Shown here: one piece after another, positions 1 to 8,961 of the stretch
How the letters are laid out: every line of letters begins with the position of its first letter
How positions within the stretch are numbered: the stretch's first letter is position 1
Assembly (NCBI GenBank): GCA_963778115.1
Contig: CAVZSV010000004.1
Location: 1,248,001-1,312,000, forward strand
Source: an uncultured delta proteobacterium
Lineage (GTDB): Bacteria > Bdellovibrionota > FAC87 > UBA2466
Reading direction: 5' to 3'
Length of the DNA: 64,000 nucleotides
Notes under the pieces: model-generated
Databases searched by the model: none
Seen by the model: the letters and a program-made list of their open reading frames with translations, nothing else
What the model was told of the DNA's origin: nothing
Program-made: the position numbers and the translations under genes

Positions 1-163
1 ATCGAATGACGTTGTGAATGACCTGTTCATGAAATCCGTCGTAATAGTTATAAATTCCGACTAATGCCATCACCCCAAAGCCTATTGCATTTACGGTGAG
101 TAAAGTGCGGCGCTTATTACGCCAAATATTCTTCCAGCAAAGTTTTAATACAAAAAAATCCAT
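1..163 (-). CDS. ABC transporter permease, LolC/E-MacB (FtsX) type; N-terminal part only, runs off the window
   Basis: Not in the ORF track. Manual translation from ATG at 163 gives MDFFVLKLCWKNIWRNKRRTLLTVNAIGFGVMALVGIYNYYDGFHEQVIHNVIR, the typical 'RNxxRNKRRTLLT' plus TM1 start of these permeases. Lies directly downstream of the LolA-like gene. Confidence 0.85.
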   Translation of the reverse strand, partial: MDFFVLKLCWKNIWRNKRRTLLTVNAIGFGVMALVGIYNYYDGFHEQVIHNVIR

Positions 164-167
164 AGAA

Positions 168-1043
168 TTAGTGAAACCAGCTAGAAGGAAGATGGTTAAA
201 CATCCATCCTGCGGTAATCACTTTCCCTTCCTGAGCGTTCTTACGCAACTGATCTCGGCTAAAGATCGATTCAGAAACTTCGCGATCGTAGACAATCTTT
301 TCGTAAGTAATTACGGTCATGCCGCCGGAGCCGTCCGCCATTCGAACGGTAAGCTGTGAAGGAACTACGCGATCATCCATTTTCTTAAAGCGGTCCATGA
401 AGAGGGTTCGGACCAGTTTTCCTTTTTCGTCGTAAAAAGCTTCTCGAACGGGGAGTTTATCGGAAGTGCGCGCGAAATACAGAATTTTGCCCCAAACCAC
501 CGGAGCATTGGGTTTGGGAATGCACTGAATTTGGACGACCCGCTCTTTTCCAAGCATTCCGTATTTCATGATCGTGTGGCGGTAGTCCCGGGCCAAGCTG
601 CTAGCCTTCATGAGATCGTCATTAGTGAAATCACTACCCATCCAGGACTGCAACATGAGTGAAGTAGGAACCCGTACCACTTGATCTGTCTTAGGAAGAT
701 AGTTCCACATCTCCCCTTCATTCCGAAGGGACGATACGCCCTCTTCCTTAACAGGGTCTAAAATCTCAACCATCGCGTGATCCGATCCTCGGCTCCAGGA
801 TCTTATTCTGAGCGAGCGCGTGAACGAGGGACGCCGGATATCCATCTTCATTACCGATTGCGTGCTCATTCCCCGAAGTCGGGCCTCTCCGTAAAGAACA
901 TAGTCGACGGCCTTCAACGCCGGGCCGAGCTTTGGCTTTGAGGGTTGAGCCGCATAGGCTGTGCCCGACTGAGTTCCAAATGCACCAGACATGAAAAGAA
1001 AGAGTGAAAGAAGGGTGGGTATCATGTGTTGAAGTTTATGCAA
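168..1043 (-). CDS. Outer membrane lipoprotein-sorting protein (LolA-like); start may be ATG 1025
   Basis: Signal peptide; motifs 'MWNYLPKTDQVVRV' and 'SWMGSDFTNDDL'; adjacent to an FtsX-type permease. Confidence 0.85.
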   Translation of the reverse strand: MHKLQHMIPTLLSLFLFMSGAFGTQSGTAYAAQPSKPKLGPALKAVDYVLYGEARLRGMSTQSVMKMDIRRPSFTRSLRIRSWSRGSDHAMVEILDPVKEEGVSSLRNEGEMWNYLPKTDQVVRVPTSLMLQSWMGSDFTNDDLMKASSLARDYRHTIMKYGMLGKERVVQIQCIPKPNAPVVWGKILYFARTSDKLPVREAFYDEKGKLVRTLFMDRFKKMDDRVVPSQLTVRMADGSGGMTVITYEKIVYDREVSESIFSRDQLRKNAQEGKVITAGWMFNHLPSSWFH

Positions 1044-1171
1044 TTAGCGCAAAGATAAAATGCTTGATTTGTGGAAACTTTCTCACCGCTTCGAGAAAAG
1101 CCACCCATTGTGAACAAAACCACATGATCCGAACATTCAAACCTCATTAATGTGGAGGAAGATAGCTTAAT

Positions 1172-2347
1172 GTGACAGCAATCTCCGTCATTTTTGTTAT
1201 TGCTTGGGTTTTCGCCGCAGCAACCATGATGGCGGGGACCTGGCTTGCCGTTCGCTCCTTCTCTCGTCGTCTAAAGAATTCTAAATCGCTTCCGCCTGTT
1301 TCGGTCTTGAAGCCTCTCACCGGGATAGAACCAGGCCTTAGGAAAAATCTAGAAAGCTTTTTCTTGCAAGATCACCCCAATTTTGAATTGATCTTTTGTG
1401 TCGCTGACAAATCGGACTCTTCGTGTTTCATCGTTAAGCGATTAATGTCTCGCTACCCCAAAGTCAAAGCGCGTCTCATCGTGAGCAATAAAGAGGTCGG
1501 GCCAAATCCAAAAGTAAATAATCTCTATGGAGCCTACTATCGCGCCATTTACGATCACATCGTGATCAGCGATAGTAACGTACGAGTTCCCCCGCACTAC
1601 TTGCGCGAAATGGTATCGAATCTACGGCCCGATGTGGGTGTCGTCACCTCACTGGTTACCGCAACCGGAGTCCAAGGATTAGGCGGCCATTTGGAAGCGG
1701 CCTACTTAAATACAGTTTTGGCTAGGCTAATGCCTATCGGCCACTTTTTTGGGCTGCCACTCGTTTTGGGAAAGTCCATGCTTTTACGCCGCTCCATTGC
1801 AGAACAATTTGGAGGATTGGATTTTCTAGGAAGGTATTTAGCGGAAGACTATATGACTGGAGTCGCTATGAAGGAGCTGGGCCTTAAAGTGGCTTTAGCA
1901 CCCACCCCCGTGGAACAGTACATCGGCAATCGAACCATGAAAACTTTCTGGAGCCGGCACGTTCGTTGGGGAAGGCTTCGCAAAGCCCACGCCTTTTGGG
2001 GATATTTGATAGAGCCAATCTTAGGAGTCGTCCTTCCGGGATTGCTCGGAGCGTGGGGAATGCACACGCTTGTGGGACTGGGCTTTTGGACCGTATTTTT
2101 TTTCCACTTCGTCCTATGCGCCACTTGTGACGTTATCATTTTCGCCGAGGCCCCCACCCGAGGGACCGCTCCCAATGCCTTTCTCTTTGCCGGCGCCTGG
2201 TTTCTTAGAGAATGGCTCGCAATTCCGTTGTGGGTACACACTCTATTCGGCAAGACCGTAGAATGGCGCGGCCGACGTTTGGAACTTAAAGCTGGCGGAA
2301 CGCTTCGAATGGCTAAGAGTGCCAAACGCGGGACGCAGTCGCGGTAG
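1172..2347 (+). CDS. Ceramide glucosyltransferase / HpnI-like glycosyltransferase (GT21)
   Basis: N-terminal TM, 'SVLKPLTG', 'NPKVNNL', 'ISDSNV', 'GKSML', 'YLAEDY', 'RHVRWGRLR' (R/QxxRW), C-terminal TMs and 'VEWRG'. Confidence 0.85.
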   Translation: MTAISVIFVIAWVFAAATMMAGTWLAVRSFSRRLKNSKSLPPVSVLKPLTGIEPGLRKNLESFFLQDHPNFELIFCVADKSDSSCFIVKRLMSRYPKVKARLIVSNKEVGPNPKVNNLYGAYYRAIYDHIVISDSNVRVPPHYLREMVSNLRPDVGVVTSLVTATGVQGLGGHLEAAYLNTVLARLMPIGHFFGLPLVLGKSMLLRRSIAEQFGGLDFLGRYLAEDYMTGVAMKELGLKVALAPTPVEQYIGNRTMKTFWSRHVRWGRLRKAHAFWGYLIEPILGVVLPGLLGAWGMHTLVGLGFWTVFFFHFVLCATCDVIIFAEAPTRGTAPNAFLFAGAWFLREWLAIPLWVHTLFGKTVEWRGRRLELKAGGTLRMAKSAKRGTQSR

Positions 2348-2350
2348 ACT

Positions 2351-2406
2351 AAAGGTATCCGTTACATTCAGTCCACTTCATTGGACTGGAAGTAACGGAT
2401 ACCTTT
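2351..2406. terminator. Long inverted repeat between convergent genes (probable bidirectional terminator / REP-like pair)
   Basis: Perfect 15-bp arms AAAGGTATCCGTTAC (2351-2365) and GTAACGGATACCTTT (2392-2406), plus an inner stem TTCAGTCCA/TGGACTGGA. Confidence 0.7.
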
Positions 2407-2411
2407 CGGGT

Positions 2412-4145
2412 TTATTGCCGCTTTTGCTTTTCCAACGCCGCGGCTAAATTGCGGCGCGTGTCCGGGAAGTCGGGATCGAGGGCCTGGGCTTTCTGATAAT
2501 GGGAGACCGCCTCTGCTATCTGTCCTCGACTCGCGAGTGCTAAGCCCAGATTATTTTCGGTTTCCGCCGAAGGTTCCAATTCCAATGCCCGAGTGTAATG
2601 GACGACTGCCTCGTCGATTTGTCCTAGATTGGCCAACGCAAGTCCCAGATTGCTGTGGGCTGCTGCATTGTCCGGTTCGATTTCTAGGGCCTTGCGTAGA
2701 TAAACGCTAGCAGCCTGAAACTTCCCTTGGCGTCCTAGTGTAATTCCCAGATTGTTATAGGCTCCCAAGTGGTCCGGCTTAATTTCCAAAGCCTTCTGGT
2801 AACTAGTAATAGCACTGTCTAAATCCCCTTGGGCCGCTAGAGCATTGCCTAAATTGTAATGAGCCTTCGGACTTGCCTCAGCACCGTTATCAATCGCGCT
2901 TTGCCAAAGTCTCGCGGGATCCGACCAAAGATCGATTGGCGAACTTGACGCGATAGCAAGCCCCACCCCCAAAAACAAAGCGCAGAGTAACGGGAAGAAA
3001 ACTGATTTTGGATTACTCTTTGGGAAGGGGAAATGGGCAATGCAGATAGAGAGAATAATTCCCAATGCTACATTGGGAACGTAGCCATACCTATCGGCAA
3101 AGAGAGTCCCTTCCGTTCTGGAAGCTGCGATTCCCGGTAGCAGCAGAAAGATTACCGTTAGGAGCAAGACGCCTAACGGCCTCTGTTTTGTTCTGCCCAG
3201 ACAGAAGATCGTAGCCGCTACTAAGCTGATGCCCAGGGCAATTTCCATCCCAGTAGCAATCGAAGGATCGTAGATAAGAGAGAACCCTGTGGGAACAAAT
3301 ATTTTCTCTGTATAGAAGCCTAAATAGGCGGGAACCAATCTCACCGTGCCGAGCCAGGAAGTGACCCCGCCCTTGGGAATCTGGGAACGGGACCAAAGCG
3401 CCATTCCAAAATCGCAAACCGAAAGCAGCCAAAAAGGCCAGTCTTGGACGAACGTTCGGTAGGTAACTTTCTCCGATCGATCTTTAGTCATTCTAAGCAA
3501 AATTAAGACGGCCGGGAGAGAGACAGAGATACTCTTCGAAAGCAAAGACAGCGCAAACAGGGCAATACTCAATCGATACCAACCCCTCCCTTCCGACGGC
3601 TCCAGCGCTTTAAGAAAACATAGAACCGATAATCCCGCCCACATAATAGACAGCAAATAAGGCTGGCAGGAGGCCCAAATGACCGTCTCACATTGCATAG
3701 GGTGAAGGGCAAAAAATAAAGCACCGCAGAAGGCTATGATACTTTCTTTGGTTCCTTTCAGATGGAATAGTTTGAGGAAGAGAACAAAAGTGATTAGGGA
3801 ATTGGCAACGTGAAGCAAAAGACTGACGAAATGGATCAGCGGGGCTGGATTTTGGGGGGCTACCGCGTATTGCAGTTGAAGGAGAATCCAACTAATCGGC
3901 TGGTAAACATCCAGATGTCTTGTCGTCCAGGCCCAAGTTAAATGAGAGACATCAAATTTCCCTTTTACCCAGGGATTTACGATGAAATTGGTCTCGTCGT
4001 CCCAATTGACGAATCCAAAGTGCAAGACCGAATAAAACACCGAGAGAACCACCACACATAAAAGGACCGCCCACGGCAGTGAACTTTTCCATGTCGGAGC
4101 TTTCTTAATAGGCTTTTTCTTTTTCAAAGGGCACATGAATGACAC
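2412..4145 (-). CDS. TMTC-like GT-C membrane glycosyltransferase with C-terminal TPR repeats
   Basis: 'FVNWDD' acidic motif after TM1, 'YQPIS', 'ALHPMQCETVIWAS', 'LLSKS', 'ADRYGY', then about 4 TPRs (AHYNLG, AYNNLG, AHSNLG, ENNLG). Confidence 0.85.
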   Translation of the reverse strand: MSFMCPLKKKKPIKKAPTWKSSLPWAVLLCVVVLSVFYSVLHFGFVNWDDETNFIVNPWVKGKFDVSHLTWAWTTRHLDVYQPISWILLQLQYAVAPQNPAPLIHFVSLLLHVANSLITFVLFLKLFHLKGTKESIIAFCGALFFALHPMQCETVIWASCQPYLLSIMWAGLSVLCFLKALEPSEGRGWYRLSIALFALSLLSKSISVSLPAVLILLRMTKDRSEKVTYRTFVQDWPFWLLSVCDFGMALWSRSQIPKGGVTSWLGTVRLVPAYLGFYTEKIFVPTGFSLIYDPSIATGMEIALGISLVAATIFCLGRTKQRPLGVLLLTVIFLLLPGIAASRTEGTLFADRYGYVPNVALGIILSICIAHFPFPKSNPKSVFFPLLCALFLGVGLAIASSSPIDLWSDPARLWQSAIDNGAEASPKAHYNLGNALAAQGDLDSAITSYQKALEIKPDHLGAYNNLGITLGRQGKFQAASVYLRKALEIEPDNAAAHSNLGLALANLGQIDEAVVHYTRALELEPSAETENNLGLALASRGQIAEAVSHYQKAQALDPDFPDTRRNLAAALEKQKRQ

Positions 4146-4148
4146 CGC

Positions 4149-5960
4149 TCACTTATGAGTAGGGCGATGAAATTTCCAAGAAGGGACACGATGTTTCTTT
4201 TTTTTCTGAGAAGAAAATCTTTCCCTTAGGGCCTTGCCTATCCACGTCAGTAACGAGAGCAAAGGAAGGGTCAGCCATAGAAGCAGGAAAATGACGTTAA
4301 AAATGATGAGCGTCTCCTGCCAATCGGGAACCGGCCACGCAGAACTATCTCCTGACAAAAATTTCTTGAAGGCCTCTCCATCGGTTTCCTTAACACGATC
4401 CCAAGGGTGACAACCGTAAAATTCTGGGTAAAGCAGACAGCCCGGATGATTGATATTATAGTACCCGTCGCGAATCGTAAAAACAGAGCCCGGTTGAACT
4501 TTCGTCAATAACCCTTCCAACCGATATCCAAAGATGGGTTCATAGCACGCCAGGGAAGAGTATCCTCCACGAGCCGCTTCAGAATCCGCTCCTAGGGTAG
4601 CTTCGACGCGTTGAATAGGGGGCAACGTCTCTCGGTTTTTTAGATCGGCGTAAATTTGAGGATCGTACTCGTAATCAAGTCCTGTCTTATTAGCGACGTA
4701 GAAATTGAAATATTCATACTCCTCAATACAAACCATCATCGAAAGCCCGATGAAAAACAGCGCCCTCCACTGAGTTTGACTTAGCCATTTTACTCGTCCT
4801 GCAAAATCGTTTAAGGCGGCGATACAACCCCAAATCAGTAAGGGAATGAGGGATCCAAAAAGCTTAATAGGATTGTGGTACTTCCTAAAGAAAGGAAGAT
4901 ACGAGTTTCCTCCCTTTCCCGAGGCGAGCAAGCAGACGAACCCTATTATCGCGGTGTAAAGAATGGCCAGAACGAGCTCTTTGGTGCTCTTTCTCAAAAC
5001 CGCGCGAATTAGCAGATACACTGGCCCTAGCAACGTAATCTTTGAGACAAAACCCACGAATTCCCAGATTCCAAATCGATATTTTCCGAAAAAAAGGCTC
5101 GAGACCACGTCCCAGGGATTCGCCCAAAAATAGCGAACGGTCGTAAGCCAAGGGCTGTCTGGAGTGAGATTGAAAGCAGTCGGATAAAAGAATGGAGAGT
5201 AGCGCAGGATAGCGGCTAATTTCCCCGAGCAGACCAAAGCGAAAGCAACCCCGAGGGAAAGGGCCAAGGATCCCAGACCAACAGTAATGTCTTTGAAGGA
5301 TTCTTCTTCAGAACAGAGACGATGGTAATACACAAGCGGCACCATGATGGCGGTTAGCAGCGAAAAAAGGATAAGCATGTGAATGCCGCCACTGTAGAAA
5401 GTATAGATCCAGATAAGATCAAACAGAAAACACTCGGTTATCAGATTGCGCCAGCGAGTCGGCGTTTTCTTAAAGAGAAAATAGAGAATCGCCGGGCACC
5501 ATAGATAGGGATGATGGGTGAGATGACCTACAAAGAGATTAGCGAAAATAAAGCCGTTTAAAATGAATAGCAGCGCTCCAAAGTGGGATACCGCTTTTTC
5601 ATAATGAAGCGAACGATGCAGCCACAGAAACATAAAGAAGTAGCCCATTGCGTAAAAAACTACGAGTGACAGGCGAACGGCCACGAGGGGGTCAATCCAA
5701 AAGGCCAGAAATTGCGGAAGCGAATAATACGAAGACTGGGGATCCGCAAAAATGGGAATGCCGCCACAAAAAGTGGCTGAGTAGTGAGGAACGGCCCATC
5801 CATTCTGCCAAAAGTACAACGCCCCGGAGACCATTCGGGGAAATTCTCGATAGTAGTCTTGTCCTAAATGCCCTGCGATAGGACCAAAAACAAACCACGC
5901 GGCAATGAGTAACAGCGAGGGAAAAAGAAGAGGAAGCGCCGTGGTGGATTTGGGTTTCAT
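4149..5960 (-). CDS. Polytopic membrane protein, probable GT-C fold (YfhO-like) glycosyltransferase; start uncertain (5960 or 6023)
   Basis: About 12 hydrophobic segments; early loop 'QDYY...FCGGIPIFADPQSSYYS' resembles YfhO-like GT-C proteins; co-oriented with the TMTC-like gene with a 3-bp gap. Confidence 0.55.
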   Translation of the reverse strand: MKPKSTTALPLLFPSLLLIAAWFVFGPIAGHLGQDYYREFPRMVSGALYFWQNGWAVPHYSATFCGGIPIFADPQSSYYSLPQFLAFWIDPLVAVRLSLVVFYAMGYFFMFLWLHRSLHYEKAVSHFGALLFILNGFIFANLFVGHLTHHPYLWCPAILYFLFKKTPTRWRNLITECFLFDLIWIYTFYSGGIHMLILFSLLTAIMVPLVYYHRLCSEEESFKDITVGLGSLALSLGVAFALVCSGKLAAILRYSPFFYPTAFNLTPDSPWLTTVRYFWANPWDVVSSLFFGKYRFGIWEFVGFVSKITLLGPVYLLIRAVLRKSTKELVLAILYTAIIGFVCLLASGKGGNSYLPFFRKYHNPIKLFGSLIPLLIWGCIAALNDFAGRVKWLSQTQWRALFFIGLSMMVCIEEYEYFNFYVANKTGLDYEYDPQIYADLKNRETLPPIQRVEATLGADSEAARGGYSSLACYEPIFGYRLEGLLTKVQPGSVFTIRDGYYNINHPGCLLYPEFYGCHPWDRVKETDGEAFKKFLSGDSSAWPVPDWQETLIIFNVIFLLLWLTLPLLSLLTWIGKALRERFSSQKKKKHRVPSWKFHRPTHK

Positions 5961-6080
5961 AGGAGGGAATCTAAATTTTGACAGTTCCGCCCGTCGGAAG
6001 CAACCCCGACTGAGGCGGACCAAAAATTATCAGTATACCCTCAAGATATAAAAGGGTTACGAGCCTAACGTTTCAGCTCT

Positions 6081-6095
6081 TGAAACACTGTTTCA
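6081..6095. promoter_or_regulatory. Perfect palindrome TGAAACA-C-TGTTTCA, candidate operator
   Basis: Sits in the divergent intergenic region upstream of the OMP-TIGR02147 operon; a second palindrome ACGCA-T-TGCGT lies at 6117-6127. Confidence 0.45.
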
Positions 6096-6168
6096 GAAAT
6101 GGTATTCACTCCGCCTACGCATTGCGTTACATAACTGCCAACACAAAACCCTAACTAAGGAGTTAACG

Positions 6169-6813
6169 ATGAAAGCGGTTTTATTGGCAGTAATTGGTTG
6201 TCTGTTCGCGAATGTAGCGTTTGCGGCTTCAGACTCAGGTTCATCCATTGGTTTTCAAGGGAGTCTGAACTTTTCAAGTTCGAATATGAGTGACATGGTT
6301 AATCGAACTTTCACAGCAGGCGGAATCGAAACCGGAAGCCGAACCGGATTCATGTTCGGAATTCGAAATGAGATTCCTGTAAGTAGCTATTTCTCGCTTC
6401 AACCTGAACTCATGTACACGCAAAAAGGATTTTCTATGAACGTGGGAAGTGTACCGGGATCGGCTAGTCTCGATTACCTCTCCACGGCTTTCCTTGCGCG
6501 CGTCAATATCATCCCTGAAGGAGTGATAAGACCTTACGCTTACGCCGGTCCAGAAGTCGGAATTAACGTCGGCTCGGATACTTCGTTCTCCGCCGGTGGA
6601 ACTAAAGTGCTAGTTCCGATTAGCTATAGTCTAATCGATCTCGATCTCGACATGGGAGCAGGCCTTGAAGCCAGCGTCGGAAGCGGCGTCTCGCTGTTCA
6701 CCGAATTTCGCTACTCCCTCGGATTGAACAACGTGCTTTCCAATCCGAAACCCGGTGCTTCCATTTCGACTTCAACCTTTCAAGCGATTGCAGGATTGAA
6801 ATTGAACATCTAA
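6169..6813 (+). CDS. Outer membrane beta-barrel protein (porin / OMP_b-brl family)
   Basis: Signal peptide (AFA), alternating beta strands, 'SLQPELMYTQKG', 'FTEFRYSLGL'; AAGGAG RBS. Confidence 0.85.
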   Translation: MKAVLLAVIGCLFANVAFAASDSGSSIGFQGSLNFSSSNMSDMVNRTFTAGGIETGSRTGFMFGIRNEIPVSSYFSLQPELMYTQKGFSMNVGSVPGSASLDYLSTAFLARVNIIPEGVIRPYAYAGPEVGINVGSDTSFSAGGTKVLVPISYSLIDLDLDMGAGLEASVGSGVSLFTEFRYSLGLNNVLSNPKPGASISTSTFQAIAGLKLNI

Positions 6814-6817
6814 CGCC

Positions 6818-7573
6818 ATGAAAGAGACTAACTACCAATCGATATTGAAAGCTGAGTTCGAGAGCCGCAGGGCGAGAAATGCCAGCTATTCGCTCAGAGC
6901 GTTTTCCCGACAACTAGCCATCAGCCCGGCTCAGCTTTCGCAACTTATCTCTGGTAGGCGCCCGCTAACTCGAAAGACGGCTACCAAAATAGCGGAGAGA
7001 CTAAGTTATTCACCCCGAGAAAGAACTCAACTTCTCGAATCGACGATTCCAGAGCTCCGGCAAGAATTACTGGAGACTCCCGAGGAGATTCGAGAAGAAG
7101 AGTTCCGGGTGATCGCAGACTGGTATCACTTTGCCATATTGAGTCTTGCGGAAGTCAGACGACACAAGGCGGATCCGAGATGGATCGCAAGCCGATTAGG
7201 CATTAGTGTCCCAGAAGCGGCGGGTGCTCTTAGACGACTCAGAACACTTCGATTCATCGATATCGCCGAGGGAAAGATCAAACCCCTTAGCAAAACGGTC
7301 AGGACGAGTTCCGATATCCCTTCCTCTGCCATTCGGCAGTACCACCAGCAAACTTTGGACAAAGCAAAGCAGAAATTGGAAGAGGTTTCCGTCCATGATA
7401 GAGAGTTTTCCACCATCACGACAGCCATCTCTAGAAAAAATATCCCGAAAGCAAAAGAGATGATTACGAAGTTTAAAAGAGAGGTCTCAGCCCTTCTTGA
7501 AAATGGAGAAAAGACTGCGGTCTATACTTTGGCGGTTCAGTTGTTTCCAGTGTCGAAATTGGAGGAGTCATGA
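6818..7573 (+). CDS. TIGR02147 / DUF4423 family protein with N-terminal XRE-type HTH
   Basis: 'RNASYSLRAFSRQLAISPAQLSQLISGRR', 'IADWYHFAILSL', 'AIRQYHQQ', 'VYTLAVQLFP'. Confidence 0.9.
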   Translation: MKETNYQSILKAEFESRRARNASYSLRAFSRQLAISPAQLSQLISGRRPLTRKTATKIAERLSYSPRERTQLLESTIPELRQELLETPEEIREEEFRVIADWYHFAILSLAEVRRHKADPRWIASRLGISVPEAAGALRRLRTLRFIDIAEGKIKPLSKTVRTSSDIPSSAIRQYHQQTLDKAKQKLEEVSVHDREFSTITTAISRKNIPKAKEMITKFKREVSALLENGEKTAVYTLAVQLFPVSKLEES

Positions 7574-8244
7574 AAATAGGTGTTGCGGTAGTTGTTCTGT
7601 GGTTGAGCTTGTTTCTAGTGGGATGCGCAAGCACTCATCCTGGAAAGATGGGGACACTTCTTCACGAAGAGGAGCCTACTTCGATAGCCCTTAGTGCCGA
7701 CAAGCAGAATGGCTTTTCGGACGAGCATTATACGTTCGTCACCTTCACCGTGGAAAACAAAGCGGATTCGATGGTCCGCATTAAAACAGCGGAACTCACC
7801 TTCACCGACGGAAATGAGAAAGTGGCTAGCGTGATCGTCGGAAATGATCTGATCACTTGGGCGGAGGCTTTTGAGGCGGGGGCCAAGGCCAGAGAGCAAC
7901 GCAAAGCTATTGCGCGGACAGCCCTTCTGGTAGGGGGCGCTCTTTTAGGAATTACTGGGGTTGCTACTGATAACAATACACTAAAGTTATTGGGGGCTGG
8001 TGCTGGAGTGGCAGGAGCCTCTTGGAGTTTGGGATCGTCCATCACAAATTCAGTCAGGGATGCGAATAATCCCAGTAAGGTTCCTGAAAATCACCTTTAT
8101 GCTCCTTTTTCAGTTCCTGCCGGACTCTACATGCGCAGATGGGCAGTTCTACAGAAGCCTGTGGGAACCGAAATCAAAAAAATAAAAGTAAGTTTAACCT
8201 TCGATAACGATGCGGAGAGCGAATATGAAGTCGCACTCGACTAA
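7570..8244 (+). CDS. Hypothetical lipoprotein with a glycine-zipper-like hydrophobic hairpin
   Basis: Lipobox LVGC; ATGA overlap with the upstream gene; GGAGG RBS; Gly/Ala-rich segment. Confidence 0.7.
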   Translation: MKIGVAVVVLWLSLFLVGCASTHPGKMGTLLHEEEPTSIALSADKQNGFSDEHYTFVTFTVENKADSMVRIKTAELTFTDGNEKVASVIVGNDLITWAEAFEAGAKAREQRKAIARTALLVGGALLGITGVATDNNTLKLLGAGAGVAGASWSLGSSITNSVRDANNPSKVPENHLYAPFSVPAGLYMRRWAVLQKPVGTEIKKIKVSLTFDNDAESEYEVALD

Positions 8245-8884
8245 CTTAGGAATCTTAGTTTTTCTCCTTTCTTGTGGCTTTGCTCAACCCTGCTTCGCTT
8301 TGATGGGTGGCAATGAAGTCGGAAATGGAGGCAATGCTATTGTCTGTCCGGCCAGCACCCAGCTATTAGACATTTACGAAGCCAAGCTACTTAGGGGGGT
8401 AAAGTTGGATCCGTCTCTCAAAAACGGGGATCCTTTCTTTGTTGCCCTGGGAAGAATCTCGATTCTCTCGGAGATAGATCCCAAGACAGCAAAGATCGTT
8501 CGAAAGTCTTTAGAAAAATTAAAAACTCAGATCAGCTTTGAAACCGCAATAAGCATACGCCCCATCGACGATTCGAAACACAGCTTTGCTCCGAGTGATC
8601 CTAAGTGTCGGGTTCAACAGCTAGCGGTCTTTCGTAAAAAGGTTCTTCCAGGGGAGAAAACGGTTTTGGTGGATAAAACTATTTGGAATAAACTTCCTCC
8701 GGTCCATCAGGCGGGACTTCTGTTGCATGAAGCGATCTACCAATATTTATCGCAATTAGGTGAAAGCGATTCTACAAAGGCTCGGTATTTAGTTACCTTT
8801 CTGCTGAGCGATGCCTTTGGCGCTGGAAAGTCGGAGGAATATTGGGCCGTGATTAAGAAGTTAAGAGTACCGATTTATCGGTAA
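8225..8884 (+). CDS. Hypothetical secreted protein with GNGG motif and HE metal-binding-like motif
   Basis: Signal peptide, 'GGNEVGNGGNAIVC', 'LLDIYE', 'CRVQQLA', 'QAGLLLHEAIY'. Confidence 0.7.
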   Translation: MKSHSTNLGILVFLLSCGFAQPCFALMGGNEVGNGGNAIVCPASTQLLDIYEAKLLRGVKLDPSLKNGDPFFVALGRISILSEIDPKTAKIVRKSLEKLKTQISFETAISIRPIDDSKHSFAPSDPKCRVQQLAVFRKKVLPGEKTVLVDKTIWNKLPPVHQAGLLLHEAIYQYLSQLGESDSTKARYLVTFLLSDAFGAGKSEEYWAVIKKLRVPIYR

Positions 8885-8911
8885 CGACGAACACGCCCCT
8901 GGATAATGGCT

Positions 8912-8947
8912 GTCATTGAGGAGCAAGAGCGAAGCAATCCCCTCGCA
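8912..8947 (+). repeat. Degenerate REP-like element (GTCATTGCGAGGAGC...GAAGCAATCC type)
   Basis: GTCATTGAGGAGCAAGAGCGAAGCAATCC lies between convergent genes; related sequences at 17333 and 18318. Confidence 0.45.
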
Positions 8948-8961
8948 GAAGAACCCCGACG

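Noticed and set aside
1109..1124. CRP/FNR-like site TGTGA-N6-CCACA in the divergent promoter
   Set aside because: A single imperfect match, within chance expectation without comparative data.
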